From NCBI GenBank assembly GCA_965649295.1, contig CBFGKH010000002.1:160001-224000 (forward strand): a stretch of DNA of 64,000 nucleotides, given 5' to 3'. A program made the position numbers and the translations under genes. This document shows positions 8,153 through 18,380 of the stretch, piece after piece (within the stretch, counting starts at the first letter, position 1; each line of letters starts with the position of its first letter). Source of the DNA: a candidate division WOR-3 bacterium (GTDB lineage Bacteria > Hydrothermota > Tepidihabitantia > Tepidihabitantales > Tepidihabitantaceae). The notes under the pieces are model-generated. The model had not been told where the DNA came from. It ran no database searches and saw nothing but the letters and a program-made list of their open reading frames with translations.

Positions 8153-10387
8153 ATGATGCGTCTTTTGCTGGCGGTCTGGTTTTGGGCAGCGGTGGCGGCT
8201 GCGCAGGGGGTGGTGAACGGCGATGTCCACGATGCGACAAATGGTGAGCCGCTGGCTTATGCCAATGTCTATCTCGAAGGCACTGAGTTTGGGGCGGCGA
8301 CGAATCTGCGCGGCTATTTCTTTATCAGTGGGGTGCCGGACGGCGACTATCAGATTGTTGCTTCGTTTGTCGGGTATGAGGAGCAGCGCAAGCCGATTGC
8401 GGTGCGGGGTGGAGTGGTGCGGGTGAGTTTTGAGCTGCGGCCGACAGCGATTCGGGTTGGCGAGGTGAAGGTGACGGCGGACCGGGCCCGGTTTGAGCGG
8501 GAAGTCCAGGTGTCGGCAGTGCGGCTTGATGCGCGGCAGTTGCAGTTTGTGCCGCGGGTCGGTGGTGAGGCAGACCTGTTTCGGACGATTCAGTTGCTGC
8601 CCGGGGTGATTACGACTTCGGATTTCTCGAACAAGCTCTATATCCGCGGCGGGTCGCCGGACCAGAATCTGATTCTTTTGGATGGAGTGACGGTCTATAA
8701 CCCGTCGCATCTTTTTGGGTTGTTCTCGCCGTTTGTTTCTGAGGCGGTTTCGGATGTGACGCTGCTGGCCGGCGGGTTTCCGGCGAAGTATGGTGGCCGG
8801 ATGAGTTCGGTGCTGGATGTGACGACGCGCGAGGGTAACTCGAAGCGGCTGGCCGGTAGTGCTTCGGCTTCGATGATTGCGGCTCAGGGTCTGGTTGAGG
8901 GGCCGATTCCGAAAGGCTCGTTTCTTTTGGCGGGCCGCCGGACCTATGTTGCCGACGCCCTGTTGCGGGCGTTTGGGGTGGATGGGCTGGGTTACTATTT
9001 CTATGACATGATGGGCAAGGTGAACTATGAGCCGGTAGAGGATTCGCGGCTGACGCTGGCGGGGATTCTGGCTGAGGATGTGCTCAGTTTCTATGACCCG
9101 GCCAATCCGGACGGGCTTTCGGGCCGGCTCAGCTGGGGTAATCGTGGCTTTGCTCTGCATCTGAACCGGGTGATGAGTCCGTTGCTCTATGCCGAGTTTG
9201 TTGGTTCCTACAGCAACTTCTTCACCGGCTTGCAGGCAAGGGTGGGAACGCCGGACACTGCCCGTTTTGAGGCAGGGGTGACTGATTGCGTGCTCAAGGG
9301 CGACCTGACCTGGTATCCGGCTGACCGTTTCACGCTCGGATTCGGTGCCGAGGCTCGTTACGTCGAGCCGGGATTCAGGGCTGAGTTCAGTTCCATCGGG
9401 ATTCGACGAACTGACACGCTGGCACCGCTCGTCGGCTATGCTGACGGCAAGTGGGAGGTGATTGCCAAGCGGCTCTTTGTCAAGCCGGGCCTGCGGCTTT
9501 TGTGGGATTTTGCCTTGCGGCGGTTTGAGCCGGAGCCGCGGCTTGGGCTCAAGTACCAGCCTTTCACCAATACTGCGGTCAATCTGGCAGCCGGCCGCTT
9601 TACCCAGCAACTGGTGACGGCCAATTCGACCGAGGCGGTCTTTTCAATCTACGATGCCTGGGCGCCGGTGCAGGAGTTTCAGGCGACACCGACTGCTTGG
9701 CACGGAATTGCCGGGGTGGAGCAGTGGCTGGGGCGGGACGTGGTTCTGTCGGCCGAGACCTACTACAAGCACTATGACAACCTGCTTGAGACAAGATATG
9801 GCACTGCTTTCACCCGGCCAGATTCGCTGTTGCCGGCAGATGGCTATTCGACCGGGTTTGAGCTACTGGCGCGGCGGGCCGAAGGCCGCGTCAACGGCTG
9901 GGTGACCTATTCATACATGTGGACTAGGCGTCAGATTCGGGGTGAGGCCGAAGAGTATGCGCCGCATTATGACCGGCGCCATTCGGTGAATCTCGTCTTG
10001 AACTTCCCGAAGGTGCTGTGGAGGATTGATTTGGCTGCCAAGTGGAGTCTGGGTAGTGGGCTGCCCTATGCCGGTTTTGTCGGCTACTTTCCGCGGTATG
10101 TGGAGCGGCCGTTTGGTGACTACTGGACCCAGCGGGAGTGGGAGTTTCTGCGCTCAAAGCGGGACGGTTTCCGCTATCCGGTCTATCACCGGCTTGACAT
10201 TGGGCTGACGCGGGCTTGGAACCTGCGTTGGGGCGAGCTGAGCGTTTTTGCCGATGTGGTCAATGCCTATAATGCCCGCAATCCGCTCCTCTACTTCTGG
10301 GAAGTGGACAGCCAGGGTCTGCCGCGGCGCGGTCAGATTGGCAACCTGCCAATACTGCCGACAGTCGGGTTGAAGGTGAAGTTCTGA
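8153..10387 (+). CDS. TonB-dependent receptor with carboxypeptidase-regulatory-like N-domain
   Basis: NGEPLAYANVYLEG, plug LYIRGGSPDQNLILLDG, GGFPAKYGGRMSSV, C-terminal Phe; start inferred from TTGCCG-N16-TATGAT at 8112-8139. Confidence 0.88.
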   Translation: MMRLLLAVWFWAAVAAAQGVVNGDVHDATNGEPLAYANVYLEGTEFGAATNLRGYFFISGVPDGDYQIVASFVGYEEQRKPIAVRGGVVRVSFELRPTAIRVGEVKVTADRARFEREVQVSAVRLDARQLQFVPRVGGEADLFRTIQLLPGVITTSDFSNKLYIRGGSPDQNLILLDGVTVYNPSHLFGLFSPFVSEAVSDVTLLAGGFPAKYGGRMSSVLDVTTREGNSKRLAGSASASMIAAQGLVEGPIPKGSFLLAGRRTYVADALLRAFGVDGLGYYFYDMMGKVNYEPVEDSRLTLAGILAEDVLSFYDPANPDGLSGRLSWGNRGFALHLNRVMSPLLYAEFVGSYSNFFTGLQARVGTPDTARFEAGVTDCVLKGDLTWYPADRFTLGFGAEARYVEPGFRAEFSSIGIRRTDTLAPLVGYADGKWEVIAKRLFVKPGLRLLWDFALRRFEPEPRLGLKYQPFTNTAVNLAAGRFTQQLVTANSTEAVFSIYDAWAPVQEFQATPTAWHGIAGVEQWLGRDVVLSAETYYKHYDNLLETRYGTAFTRPDSLLPADGYSTGFELLARRAEGRVNGWVTYSYMWTRRQIRGEAEEYAPHYDRRHSVNLVLNFPKVLWRIDLAAKWSLGSGLPYAGFVGYFPRYVERPFGDYWTQREWEFLRSKRDGFRYPVYHRLDIGLTRAWNLRWGELSVFADVVNAYNARNPLLYFWEVDSQGLPRRGQIGNLPILPTVGLKVKF

Positions 10388-10388
10388 G

Positions 10389-11174
10389 ATGAACCGACGC
10401 GAGCGGCTGCTGAAATTGGGGCTGGCTGCGGTCAGCCTCTTGGTGCTAGGGTGTGATGAGAATCGGGATGGCCAGTTTGTGCCGAAGCTGGCAGTGCACT
10501 GCCAGCTTCGGGTGGGCGCGACCGCGGCAACAGTGCTGGTGAATCGGACTTATGGTTTGGGTGAGCAGTTTGACAGCATTTTCTCCGGTGCTGAGGTCTG
10601 GCTGTTCCGAGCGGCTGACTCTTTTCGGCTGGGCTGGGTTGACCGGGACCGCTATTTCGGGGACTGGACCGACAGCGCGCCGCCGGTTGCCCCGAACGAG
10701 ACCTGGCGACTGCGGGTTAGCTGTGTTGGGTTTGACACGGTGACGGCAATGACGGTTACGCCCTGTGACTTTGCGATTCTCTATCCGGGTGAGGGCGATA
10801 CGGTGACCATCAATGATTCGCTCGGCTGGAGCCGCTGTCCGGGTGCCAAGGGTTATTACCTCTCACGTCGGGTTGAGCAGCAGGGCGAGGAGTTGTTCTT
10901 TGATATCGTCATTCCCAATGACTCGTCTGGCGATAGCTACGACCCGCGCCGGGTGCACATTCCCAGGCTCGTCTTTTTTTATGGCGACACGGCCACTACT
11001 CAGCAGCTCAGCGTCTATGCTGTGGACACGAACTACTACTACTGGGTGAGCGGTGGCGGTGGAATGATGGGCAGCCGCGAGAATGTGAACCGGGTGAACG
11101 GCGGTGTCGGCGTGTTCGGGTCAGCGGTGCGGCGCGACCGGCGGCTCTATCTGCGGCGTGAATCGCTACCCTAG
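10389..11174 (+). CDS. DUF4249-like lipoprotein partner of the TonB receptor
   Basis: Lipobox VLGC; C-terminal AVDTNYYY...NGGVGVFGS motif. Confidence 0.65.
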   Translation: MNRRERLLKLGLAAVSLLVLGCDENRDGQFVPKLAVHCQLRVGATAATVLVNRTYGLGEQFDSIFSGAEVWLFRAADSFRLGWVDRDRYFGDWTDSAPPVAPNETWRLRVSCVGFDTVTAMTVTPCDFAILYPGEGDTVTINDSLGWSRCPGAKGYYLSRRVEQQGEELFFDIVIPNDSSGDSYDPRRVHIPRLVFFYGDTATTQQLSVYAVDTNYYYWVSGGGGMMGSRENVNRVNGGVGVFGSAVRRDRRLYLRRESLP

Positions 11175-12889
11175 CCGGTGCGGCGCGGCCGCAACCAGAC
11201 CAGTAGCGTCTCAATCACCATCCACGCCTCGAGAGCAAGGCAGACGAGCGTGACGACAAACAGTAGCCAGTTGCGGGCCGCGTAGAACGGGCCGAGTTTC
11301 TGGACCAGTGCCCAGGTGGTCATCGTTATCATGAACAGTGCTGGAATCAGAGCCAGCGGGTACCAGCGGCTGCGCGGCCGCAGCCAGACTGAGACCACGA
11401 GCAGGGCAAGACCGGCAAGCATCTGGTTGAGGGCACCGAATACCGGCCAGAGCCGGAGCGCACCAGCACCGCTGGCACCGTTGGCAAAGGCCAGGGCACC
11501 GGCACTGACCACGGCAAGGGTCGTGGCTGGCCAGGGTTTGGCAAGGAAGTCGAGACGGGCGGTGCCGGCAAGCTCGGCAATGACGTAGCGCTGGATGCGG
11601 GCGGCGGTGTCGAGTGTGGTGCCGGCAAATGAGGCGACGAGCACGCCCATCAGGGTGATGCCCAGCCCGACCGGAATGCCGTAGCTGGTCATCATGTTGG
11701 CAGCACCGGTGACAAAGGCGTCAAGGTTGGCGCCCAGGCCTTCGGCTGCGCCCCAGCTCGCATAGTGACGGAACCAGGCGGCCGAGCCGGTGAGTAGCGT
11801 GCCGTCGGCAGCCTTGTAGCCGAGGCCGATGCCGGCACAGCAGGCAGCAATGACCAGCACGGCCAGGGCTGACTCAATGAGCATCGCGCCGTAGCCGACA
11901 AAGAGGGCATCGGGTTCGCGGGCGACCTGCTTGGCCGAGGTGCCTGAGGCGACGAGCGAGTGGAAGCCGGATATTGCGCCGCAAGCAATGGTGATGAAGA
12001 GTACTGGCCAGAGCGAGGGCGCTCCCGGGACCGCAAGGCGCAGGGCTGGGGCGACGAGCGGCAGGCCGCCGCCAAATGACGAGAAGATTACCCCAAGCAG
12101 CAGCAGAACAAAGGCGACACCAAGCTCCCAGGCGTTGATGTAGTCGCGGGGCTGGAGTAGGGTTGTTACTGGCAGGACCGAGGCGATGAAGGCATAGATG
12201 AGCAGGATTGTCGTCCAGACACCGGTCGGCGGTATGCCCAGGACCGTTGGCATCACTAGCGGCAGGCGGAAGCCGATGAAGATAGTGGCATACATCAGCA
12301 GGACTGCGGCGATGTCGAAGAAGATTAGTCTGTTGCCAAGGCCACGACGATAGACGAGCCAGCCGAGCGTGATGGCAATCGGGATTTCTGACCAGATTGG
12401 GATGACGGCGGCCGGATAGCGGCTGAAGATGAGTGCCATCACCAGTCCGAAGATCGCCAGGACGACCCAGAGAATCAGCATCACCACCAAGAAAAAGATT
12501 AGCCGCACCCGCGGGCCAATCAGTTCACCGGTGATGTCGGCAAGCGAGTGGCCCTGACGGCGGAGCGAGACGACCAGCGAGCCGAGGTCGTGGACGCCGC
12601 CCATGACGATTGAGCCGACAAAGACCCAGAGGAAAGCCGGCACCCAGCCCCAGATGACGCCGATGGCCGGGCCGACAATCGGCCCGGTGCCGGCGATCGA
12701 GGTGAAGTGGTGACCAAAGATAATCAGCCGGCGGGTGGGGACGTAGTCATGGTCGTCGCGCAGCTCGACTGCCGGTACGCGGGCCGCCGGGTCAAGCCGA
12801 AAGATGCGACGCGCGAGAAAGCGGCCGTAGGTATTGTAGGCGACGATATAGCCGAAGAAGGCGAGCAGGACGAGTAGTAGCGTGGCCAT
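11171..12889 (-). CDS. cstA: Carbon starvation protein A (peptide/pyruvate transporter)
   Basis: GHHFTSIAGTGPIVGP, LLQPRDY, ITIACGAISGFHSL, TTLDTAARIQRY. Confidence 0.93.
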   Translation of the reverse strand: MATLLLVLLAFFGYIVAYNTYGRFLARRIFRLDPAARVPAVELRDDHDYVPTRRLIIFGHHFTSIAGTGPIVGPAIGVIWGWVPAFLWVFVGSIVMGGVHDLGSLVVSLRRQGHSLADITGELIGPRVRLIFFLVVMLILWVVLAIFGLVMALIFSRYPAAVIPIWSEIPIAITLGWLVYRRGLGNRLIFFDIAAVLLMYATIFIGFRLPLVMPTVLGIPPTGVWTTILLIYAFIASVLPVTTLLQPRDYINAWELGVAFVLLLLGVIFSSFGGGLPLVAPALRLAVPGAPSLWPVLFITIACGAISGFHSLVASGTSAKQVAREPDALFVGYGAMLIESALAVLVIAACCAGIGLGYKAADGTLLTGSAAWFRHYASWGAAEGLGANLDAFVTGAANMMTSYGIPVGLGITLMGVLVASFAGTTLDTAARIQRYVIAELAGTARLDFLAKPWPATTLAVVSAGALAFANGASGAGALRLWPVFGALNQMLAGLALLVVSVWLRPRSRWYPLALIPALFMITMTTWALVQKLGPFYAARNWLLFVVTLVCLALEAWMVIETLLVWLRPRRTG

Positions 12890-12896
12890 GGCTGGT

Positions 12897-12981
12897 AGTA
12901 TAGGGCGCGGCGACGGGCGGTCAAGCTACCAAGATTGGTGCTTGACATCGAATATAGGTAAATTAGTATATACTAGTATAT
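12897..12981. promoter_or_regulatory. Divergent promoters for cstA (-) and the hdr/flx operon (+), with overlapping palindromes
   Basis: Minus: TTGACC-N16-TATACT-N7-ATG. Plus: TTGACA(12942)-N16-TAGTAT. Palindromes TAGTATATACTA and ATATACTAGTATAT. Confidence 0.7.
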
Positions 12982-13423
12982 GTCAGGTTCGACAGCTCTT
13001 GCGCCGGCGAGCGGCCGCCAGGTCGCCGAAGCGACGGTCGCGGCCTTCAGTCAGATGTTTGATCTCGGGCTGACCAAGGAGAAGATGCTGGCAATGATGC
13101 CGGGACTGCTGCTCTATCTGGCGCGGACACCGGCGGCAGTCCAGCCGTGTCTTGATGTCATGCTGCCGATGATGAAACAGATGAACATCGCCATCAACGA
13201 TGACCTACTGGTGGAGATGATGCCGGCGGTGGTGAAGGCAGTGGACCGGGCGCCCGCGCTCGGTGGTAAGGTGTTTGAACGGATGGTGCCGATGATGAAG
13301 GCGTTCGGCCTGAAGATGAACCTTTCCATTATGAGCCGGGTAATGGGGATGATGCTGGGGATGACCCTGCGGCATCCGCGGATTATTCCGGGGATGCTGA
13401 AGGCGATGCCACGGATGCTTTAG
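12980..13423 (+). CDS. Met-rich hypothetical protein, first gene of the hdr/flx operon
   Basis: 147 aa, about 23 Met, three ~41-aa helical repeats. Confidence 0.75.
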   Translation: MSGSTALAPASGRQVAEATVAAFSQMFDLGLTKEKMLAMMPGLLLYLARTPAAVQPCLDVMLPMMKQMNIAINDDLLVEMMPAVVKAVDRAPALGGKVFERMVPMMKAFGLKMNLSIMSRVMGMMLGMTLRHPRIIPGMLKAMPRML

Positions 13424-13438
13424 AGTGATGAACGAGGA

Positions 13439-14185
13439 GTGGTAGTGCGCGAGAGTCCAATGGATTGGCTGCCCGGTTTCGACAAGAAGTTCTCAGAACT
13501 GACGCACCAGATGGTGAAGGACCTGGAGAAGTGCATGCAGTGCGGCAAGTGCACGGCTCAGTGCCCGGCAGCCAAGCTATCGTCGTATAATCCGCGCCAG
13601 ATTATCCGCGACCTGAAGATGGGTAACGTCGAGAAGGTCATCTCGTCGCAGGAGCTTTGGCTCTGCTTCTTCTGCTCGGGCTGCTATGCGGTCTGCCCGC
13701 AGGATATCAACTTCCCGTTTGCGGTGGCGATGCTCCGCTATGCGGCCCTGGCGCAGGGCTACGGCTGGGAAGAGGTGAAGAAGATTAAGGACCCCTATGC
13801 CCAGGACTACTACAATACCGGGCTGTCGGTCAGTCCGGAGGAGAGGAATCTGGGGCTGCGCCGCGAGCTGGCCGAGCACACCGGTACCGACGGTCGGATG
13901 GCGACGATTCGCAAGCGGATGGGGCTGCCGCCGAAACGAGAGGTGTCGGCGAAGGCATTGGCCGAGATTCGTTTCATTGCCGACGCTACCGGGATGACCG
14001 ATTTATTTGGTGAGATTGAGAAAAAGCAAGGGCGGCCGAAGAAGTGGAATTACGGGTCGCCGGCTGACCTGGTCAGAATCAAGCGCGGGCCGCACCAGAA
14101 GTTCATTGATATTGATGATGAGCGGGATGCGGACGAGGACGCGTGTGCGGGGCGAGTAGCCAAGGGTCAGCCAGCCGAAGGGTAG
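13439..14185 (+). CDS. hdrC: Heterodisulfide reductase subunit C-like
   Basis: CMQCGKCTAQCP and LWLCFFCSGCYAVCP [4Fe-4S] motifs; precedes hdrB. Confidence 0.85.
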   Translation: MVVRESPMDWLPGFDKKFSELTHQMVKDLEKCMQCGKCTAQCPAAKLSSYNPRQIIRDLKMGNVEKVISSQELWLCFFCSGCYAVCPQDINFPFAVAMLRYAALAQGYGWEEVKKIKDPYAQDYYNTGLSVSPEERNLGLRRELAEHTGTDGRMATIRKRMGLPPKREVSAKALAEIRFIADATGMTDLFGEIEKKQGRPKKWNYGSPADLVRIKRGPHQKFIDIDDERDADEDACAGRVAKGQPAEG

Positions 14186-14191
14186 GGTGCG

Positions 14192-15148
14192 ATGCCGCGC
14201 AAAGAAGTAGAAAGAGCAATTCGTATCAGTGACCGGATGTTTCTGTTTCAGCCCTGTGTCGGGCACAACAAGTATCCCGGGATCATCGCTGCTGCCCAGG
14301 AGATTCTGCCCCGGCTTGGTATCGAGGCCGTGCTGAGTGACGAGCAGACCTGCTGCGGTGGATTCTTGACGTTTACCAATGTGGCCCAGCCGACCTCGAC
14401 GATGCCGGCAGTGGCGCGCAATCTGACGCTGGCCGAAGAGCAGAACCTCGATGTCATTGCACTCTGCAACGGCTGCCACACGTTCTTGACCGAGTTCTCA
14501 CATTTCATGAACGACCGGCCGCCGGTCAAGGGCGTGGTCAATGTCATTCTCGCAATGATTGGCCGCGAGTATCGGGGCACGGCGAATGTCTATCACGTCA
14601 TCGAGGTGCTATACAAGCTCCGCGACCGGGTCCGCGAGCGGGTCCAGGTGCCGCTGACTGGCTTGCGGTTCGCCACCCACTACGGCTGCCATTACCTGAA
14701 CGGGTTCAAGAAGACAGCAATTGACGATGCGTTCATGCCGACGGTGCTGGAGGAGATTATTGAGGCTTGCGGCGCAACACCGGTCTCCTACGCCGAGAAT
14801 CGGTCGTGTTGTGGCACCGGTCTGACTCAGGTCATTTTGCACAAAGAGGAGCTTTCGCTGCCGCACACCAAGCGGAAGCTGGAGAGCCTGAACGCGGTGC
14901 AGGCCGATGGGGTAGTTGTCCAGTGTCCATATTGCCTGGCCCAGCTTGACCGGATGTCGCAGAAGCTCAATTCGCGCCGGGCCGGCAATTTCCAGACGCC
15001 GGCTCTCCATGTGGTGCAGCTCGTCGGGCTTGCGCTCGGTATCGAGGAGCGAAAGCTCGGGTTTGAGGCGCACGCGATTCCGCACACCCGCATGCTTGCC
15101 AAGTACCGAAAGCTCGAACACCGGCTCGCCGAGCCGGCAGCGGTGTAG
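14192..15148 (+). CDS. hdrB: Heterodisulfide reductase subunit B
   Basis: Two CCG domains (TCCGG..CNGC; HYGCH..SCCG..CPYC). Confidence 0.9.
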   Translation: MPRKEVERAIRISDRMFLFQPCVGHNKYPGIIAAAQEILPRLGIEAVLSDEQTCCGGFLTFTNVAQPTSTMPAVARNLTLAEEQNLDVIALCNGCHTFLTEFSHFMNDRPPVKGVVNVILAMIGREYRGTANVYHVIEVLYKLRDRVRERVQVPLTGLRFATHYGCHYLNGFKKTAIDDAFMPTVLEEIIEACGATPVSYAENRSCCGTGLTQVILHKEELSLPHTKRKLESLNAVQADGVVVQCPYCLAQLDRMSQKLNSRRAGNFQTPALHVVQLVGLALGIEERKLGFEAHAIPHTRMLAKYRKLEHRLAEPAAV

Positions 15149-15151
15149 CTC

Positions 15152-17104
15152 GTGGCCAGAGTTGGTGTCTTTGTCTGTCACTGCGGAGTGAACATCGCGG
15201 CCAAGGTTGATGTCGCCCGGGTGGCCGAGGAGATTGGCCGAATGCCCGAGGTTGCATTCAGCCGCGACTACAAGTTCATGTGCTCATCACCCGGCCAGAA
15301 GCTGGTTGAGGACGCCATCAAGGAGCATGGTCTGAATCGGATCGTTGTTGCGGCCTGCTCGCCCAAGATGCACCTGCCGACCTTCCAAAAGACAGTGGCC
15401 CGGGCCGGACTCAATCCTTACCTTGTGGCGATGGCGAATATCCGTGAGCAGTGCTCCTGGGTGACCCAGGAGCGCGAGGCAGCGACCGACAAGGCGATTG
15501 ACCTCGTGCGTCGACAGGTGAAACGGGTGGCGCACCAGGATGAGCTTGCGGACGTGGCCGTGCCAGTGAACAAGACGGCGGTAGTGATTGGTGGCGGCGT
15601 GGCTGGCATTCAAGCGGCGCTTGACATTGCCGATGGTGGCCGGCGGGTGATTCTCGTTGAGAAATCGCCTTCCATCGGCGGCAAGATGGCCCAGCTTGAC
15701 GAGACGTTCCCGACGCTTGACTGCTCGCAGTGTATCCTGACGCCGAAGATGGTCGAAGCTGCCCAGCACCCCAACATCGAGATTAGGGTGAATACGACCG
15801 TGACCAAGGTTGACGGGTATGTCGGCAACTTCCAGGTCACGCTTGAACGGCGGCGTACCTATGTCGAGGCGGCGAAATGCATCGGCTGTGGTATCTGCAT
15901 TAGCAAGTGCCCGGTGAAGGATGTGCCGGATGAGTTCAATGCTGGCCTCGGCAAGCGGCATGCCATCTACATACCGTTTCCTCAGGCAGTGCCGGCAATA
16001 CCGATGATTGACGCGGCCCACTGCCGGCAGTTGCTTAGCGGCAAGTGTGGGGTTTGTGCCAAGGTCTGCCCGGCCGGGGCCATCAACTACAACGATAGGG
16101 GTGCGACCGAAACGGTCTTGGCTGGTGCCATCGTCGTAGCAACCGGCTACCAGGAGATGGACAGGTCGGTATATACCGAATACGGCGGTGGCGCCTATCC
16201 TGATGTTATCACCGGCCTGCAGTTCGAGCGGCTGGTGAGCTCGACGGGGCCGACTGGCGGACACTTGGTGCGGCCAAGCGATGGCCGCGAGCCGGAGACG
16301 ATTGTCTTTGTCCAATGTGTTGGTTCACGTGACCCGTCCAAGGGACATGAGTATTGCTCGGGTATCTGCTGCATGTACACGGCCAAGCATGCGATGCTGT
16401 ATAAGCATCACAAGCCTGATGGCCAAGCCTATGTTTGCTACATTGATATCCGCAGCCCGGGCAAGGGCTACGAGCAGTTCATCCGGCGAGCGAGCGAGGA
16501 AGAGGACGTGCGCTATATCCGCGGCCGGGTGGGCAAGGTGCAGCGGTTGGAAAACGGCCGCTATCGAGTCTTCACCGAGGACACGCTCGTTGGTCGGCCA
16601 GTGGCAATTGATGCGGACATGGTCGTCTTGTCGAGTGCGGTTGAGCCTCAGGCCGATGCGGCCCAGCTTGCCCAGACACTTGGTATCGCCTACGATGCCG
16701 ACGGGTTCTATAGCGAGGCCCACCCGAAGCTGAAGCCGGTCGAGACCGCGACCGCTGGTGTCTTCTTGGCGGGCGCGTGTCAGGGGCCAAAGGATATTCC
16801 CACGAGCGTCCAGCAGGGCAGTGCGGCTGCCGCCAAGGTGCTGGCGCTTTTCAGTCGCGACGTGCTGGTGAAGTCGCCCCAGATAGCCCGGGTTGATCCG
16901 TTCGCCTGCACCGGCTGTTTGACTTGTGCCTATGTCTGTCACTATTCGGCAATCGAGGAGAAGGAGCACGGTGGCCGACAGGTCGCCAATATAGTCGCGG
17001 GCAAGTGCCAGGGCTGCGGGGCCTGTGTGGCAACCTGCAAGAACAAGGCGGTAACGCTTGCTCAGTTCAGCGACGATGAGGTGTTTGAGGAGATGCTGCG
17101 GTGA
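15152..17104 (+). CDS. hdrA: Heterodisulfide reductase subunit A
   Basis: VFVCHCG, FMCS, AACSP, NIREQC, GGGVAG FAD site, FPTLDCSQC, QCVGSRD, CCMY. Confidence 0.95.
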   Translation: MARVGVFVCHCGVNIAAKVDVARVAEEIGRMPEVAFSRDYKFMCSSPGQKLVEDAIKEHGLNRIVVAACSPKMHLPTFQKTVARAGLNPYLVAMANIREQCSWVTQEREAATDKAIDLVRRQVKRVAHQDELADVAVPVNKTAVVIGGGVAGIQAALDIADGGRRVILVEKSPSIGGKMAQLDETFPTLDCSQCILTPKMVEAAQHPNIEIRVNTTVTKVDGYVGNFQVTLERRRTYVEAAKCIGCGICISKCPVKDVPDEFNAGLGKRHAIYIPFPQAVPAIPMIDAAHCRQLLSGKCGVCAKVCPAGAINYNDRGATETVLAGAIVVATGYQEMDRSVYTEYGGGAYPDVITGLQFERLVSSTGPTGGHLVRPSDGREPETIVFVQCVGSRDPSKGHEYCSGICCMYTAKHAMLYKHHKPDGQAYVCYIDIRSPGKGYEQFIRRASEEEDVRYIRGRVGKVQRLENGRYRVFTEDTLVGRPVAIDADMVVLSSAVEPQADAAQLAQTLGIAYDADGFYSEAHPKLKPVETATAGVFLAGACQGPKDIPTSVQQGSAAAAKVLALFSRDVLVKSPQIARVDPFACTGCLTCAYVCHYSAIEEKEHGGRQVANIVAGKCQGCGACVATCKNKAVTLAQFSDDEVFEEMLR

Positions 17105-17538
17105 GCCAGCCAATTGCGGCCGAGCCGAGAATACTGGCGTTACTCTGTCGCTGGTGTTCGTATGCGGGTGCGGACCTTGCCGGCACCAGCCGCTTCAGCT
17201 ATCCGCCTAACGTGCGGATTGTTCAGGTGCCGTGCTCGGGTCGGGTTGACCCGGTGATGATATTCAAGGCGTTTGTCGAAGGCTATGATGGTGTGCTGGT
17301 CGCCGGCTGCCATCCTGGTGACTGTCACTACGGCACAGGCAACTATTATGCTCGGCGCAAGCTGGCGGTGGCCCGGCGGTTGCTCGAAACGGTCGGCGTC
17401 CATCCGGACCGGATGCACTTCACCTGGGTTTCAGCAGCCGAGGGCAAGCGTTTTGCGCAAGTCTGCACCGACTTTGCCGAGACCTTGAAGAGGCTCGCTG
17501 GCCAGAAGAAGACGTTGGCTCGGGAGGGACTCGGCTGA
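17101..17538 (+). CDS. flxD: MvhD/FlxD [2Fe-2S] subunit
   Basis: CRWCSYAGAD, VPCSGR, GCHPGDCHY, WVSAAEG. Confidence 0.88.
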   Translation: MSQPIAAEPRILALLCRWCSYAGADLAGTSRFSYPPNVRIVQVPCSGRVDPVMIFKAFVEGYDGVLVAGCHPGDCHYGTGNYYARRKLAVARRLLETVGVHPDRMHFTWVSAAEGKRFAQVCTDFAETLKRLAGQKKTLAREGLG

Positions 17539-18380
17539 TGACGGCATTGCAGGAGAAGGCGAACCAGCTGCTGCAGAGTGGCGCGATTGACGTGCTGCTG
17601 GGCTGGCGATTTGACCCAGCCATTGACGACGTCCGGCCCACGCTGTTCAAGAAGAGTGACAATGTCACCGAGCTTGTCTTTGACGACCGCTGCGTTCATA
17701 ACCTTGCCAACTATCTGCCGACGCTGGTGGCGCGGTACAACCGCGTCGGCGTGGTGCTAAAAGGCTGCGACGGCCGTTCGCTTGTGACCTTGCTGGTCGA
17801 ACACCGTATCAACCGTTCCAGCGTACTGGTACTCGCGCCGGACTGTGCTGGGGTCAAGGTCAATGGCGGCCGTGCGCCGAAGTGCGACGACTGTCCGACC
17901 ACGGTCGCGCCGATTGCCGACTATACCTTTGGTGAAGCCCGTAAGAGCGACAAGGCCGAGTTCAAGCAGCTTGAGCGTATTGCGAAGCTGTCACCAGAAG
18001 AGCGCTGGCAATTCTTCGCCGAACAGTTTGCGAAGTGCCGGCGCTGTTATGCCTGCCGTCAAGTTTGTCCGATGTGCTACTGCGAACTCTGTATTGCGGA
18101 CCAGCACGAGCCGAAGTGGATTGAGCCGTCGCGCAAGCTCTCGGCCAACTCGATGTGGCACCTCGTTCGCGCTTGGCATCTGGCCGGTCGTTGTTCGGAC
18201 TGTGGCGAGTGCCAGCGCGTCTGTCCGGAAGGGATTCCTATTCGGCTGCTCAACATTGCGGTCGAGAGGCTCGTGCGCGATGAGTTTGGGGTTAGGCCTG
18301 GCACCAAGCCGGATGAACTACCACCGCTTGTAACGCTGGCCAAGGACGACCCGGACGAAGTTATGGAGAAGCACCTGTGA
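17538..18380 (+). CDS. flxC: FlxC-like 4Fe-4S protein
   Basis: KGCD, CRRCYACRQVCPMCYC, HLAGRCSDCGECQRVCP; position in hdrCBA-flxDCBA order. Confidence 0.75.
   Translation: MTALQEKANQLLQSGAIDVLLGWRFDPAIDDVRPTLFKKSDNVTELVFDDRCVHNLANYLPTLVARYNRVGVVLKGCDGRSLVTLLVEHRINRSSVLVLAPDCAGVKVNGGRAPKCDDCPTTVAPIADYTFGEARKSDKAEFKQLERIAKLSPEERWQFFAEQFAKCRRCYACRQVCPMCYCELCIADQHEPKWIEPSRKLSANSMWHLVRAWHLAGRCSDCGECQRVCPEGIPIRLLNIAVERLVRDEFGVRPGTKPDELPPLVTLAKDDPDEVMEKHL

Noticed and set aside
7907..9610. 567-aa minus-strand ORF
   Set aside because: Antisense shadow of the TonB receptor with no motifs; the same applies to 15287-16315, 33234-34349, 61435-62406 and most short overlapping ORFs
15152..17538. Selenocysteine forms of HdrA/MvhD
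   Set aside because: Both frames are uninterrupted Cys versions, so they give no independent support for Sec machinery
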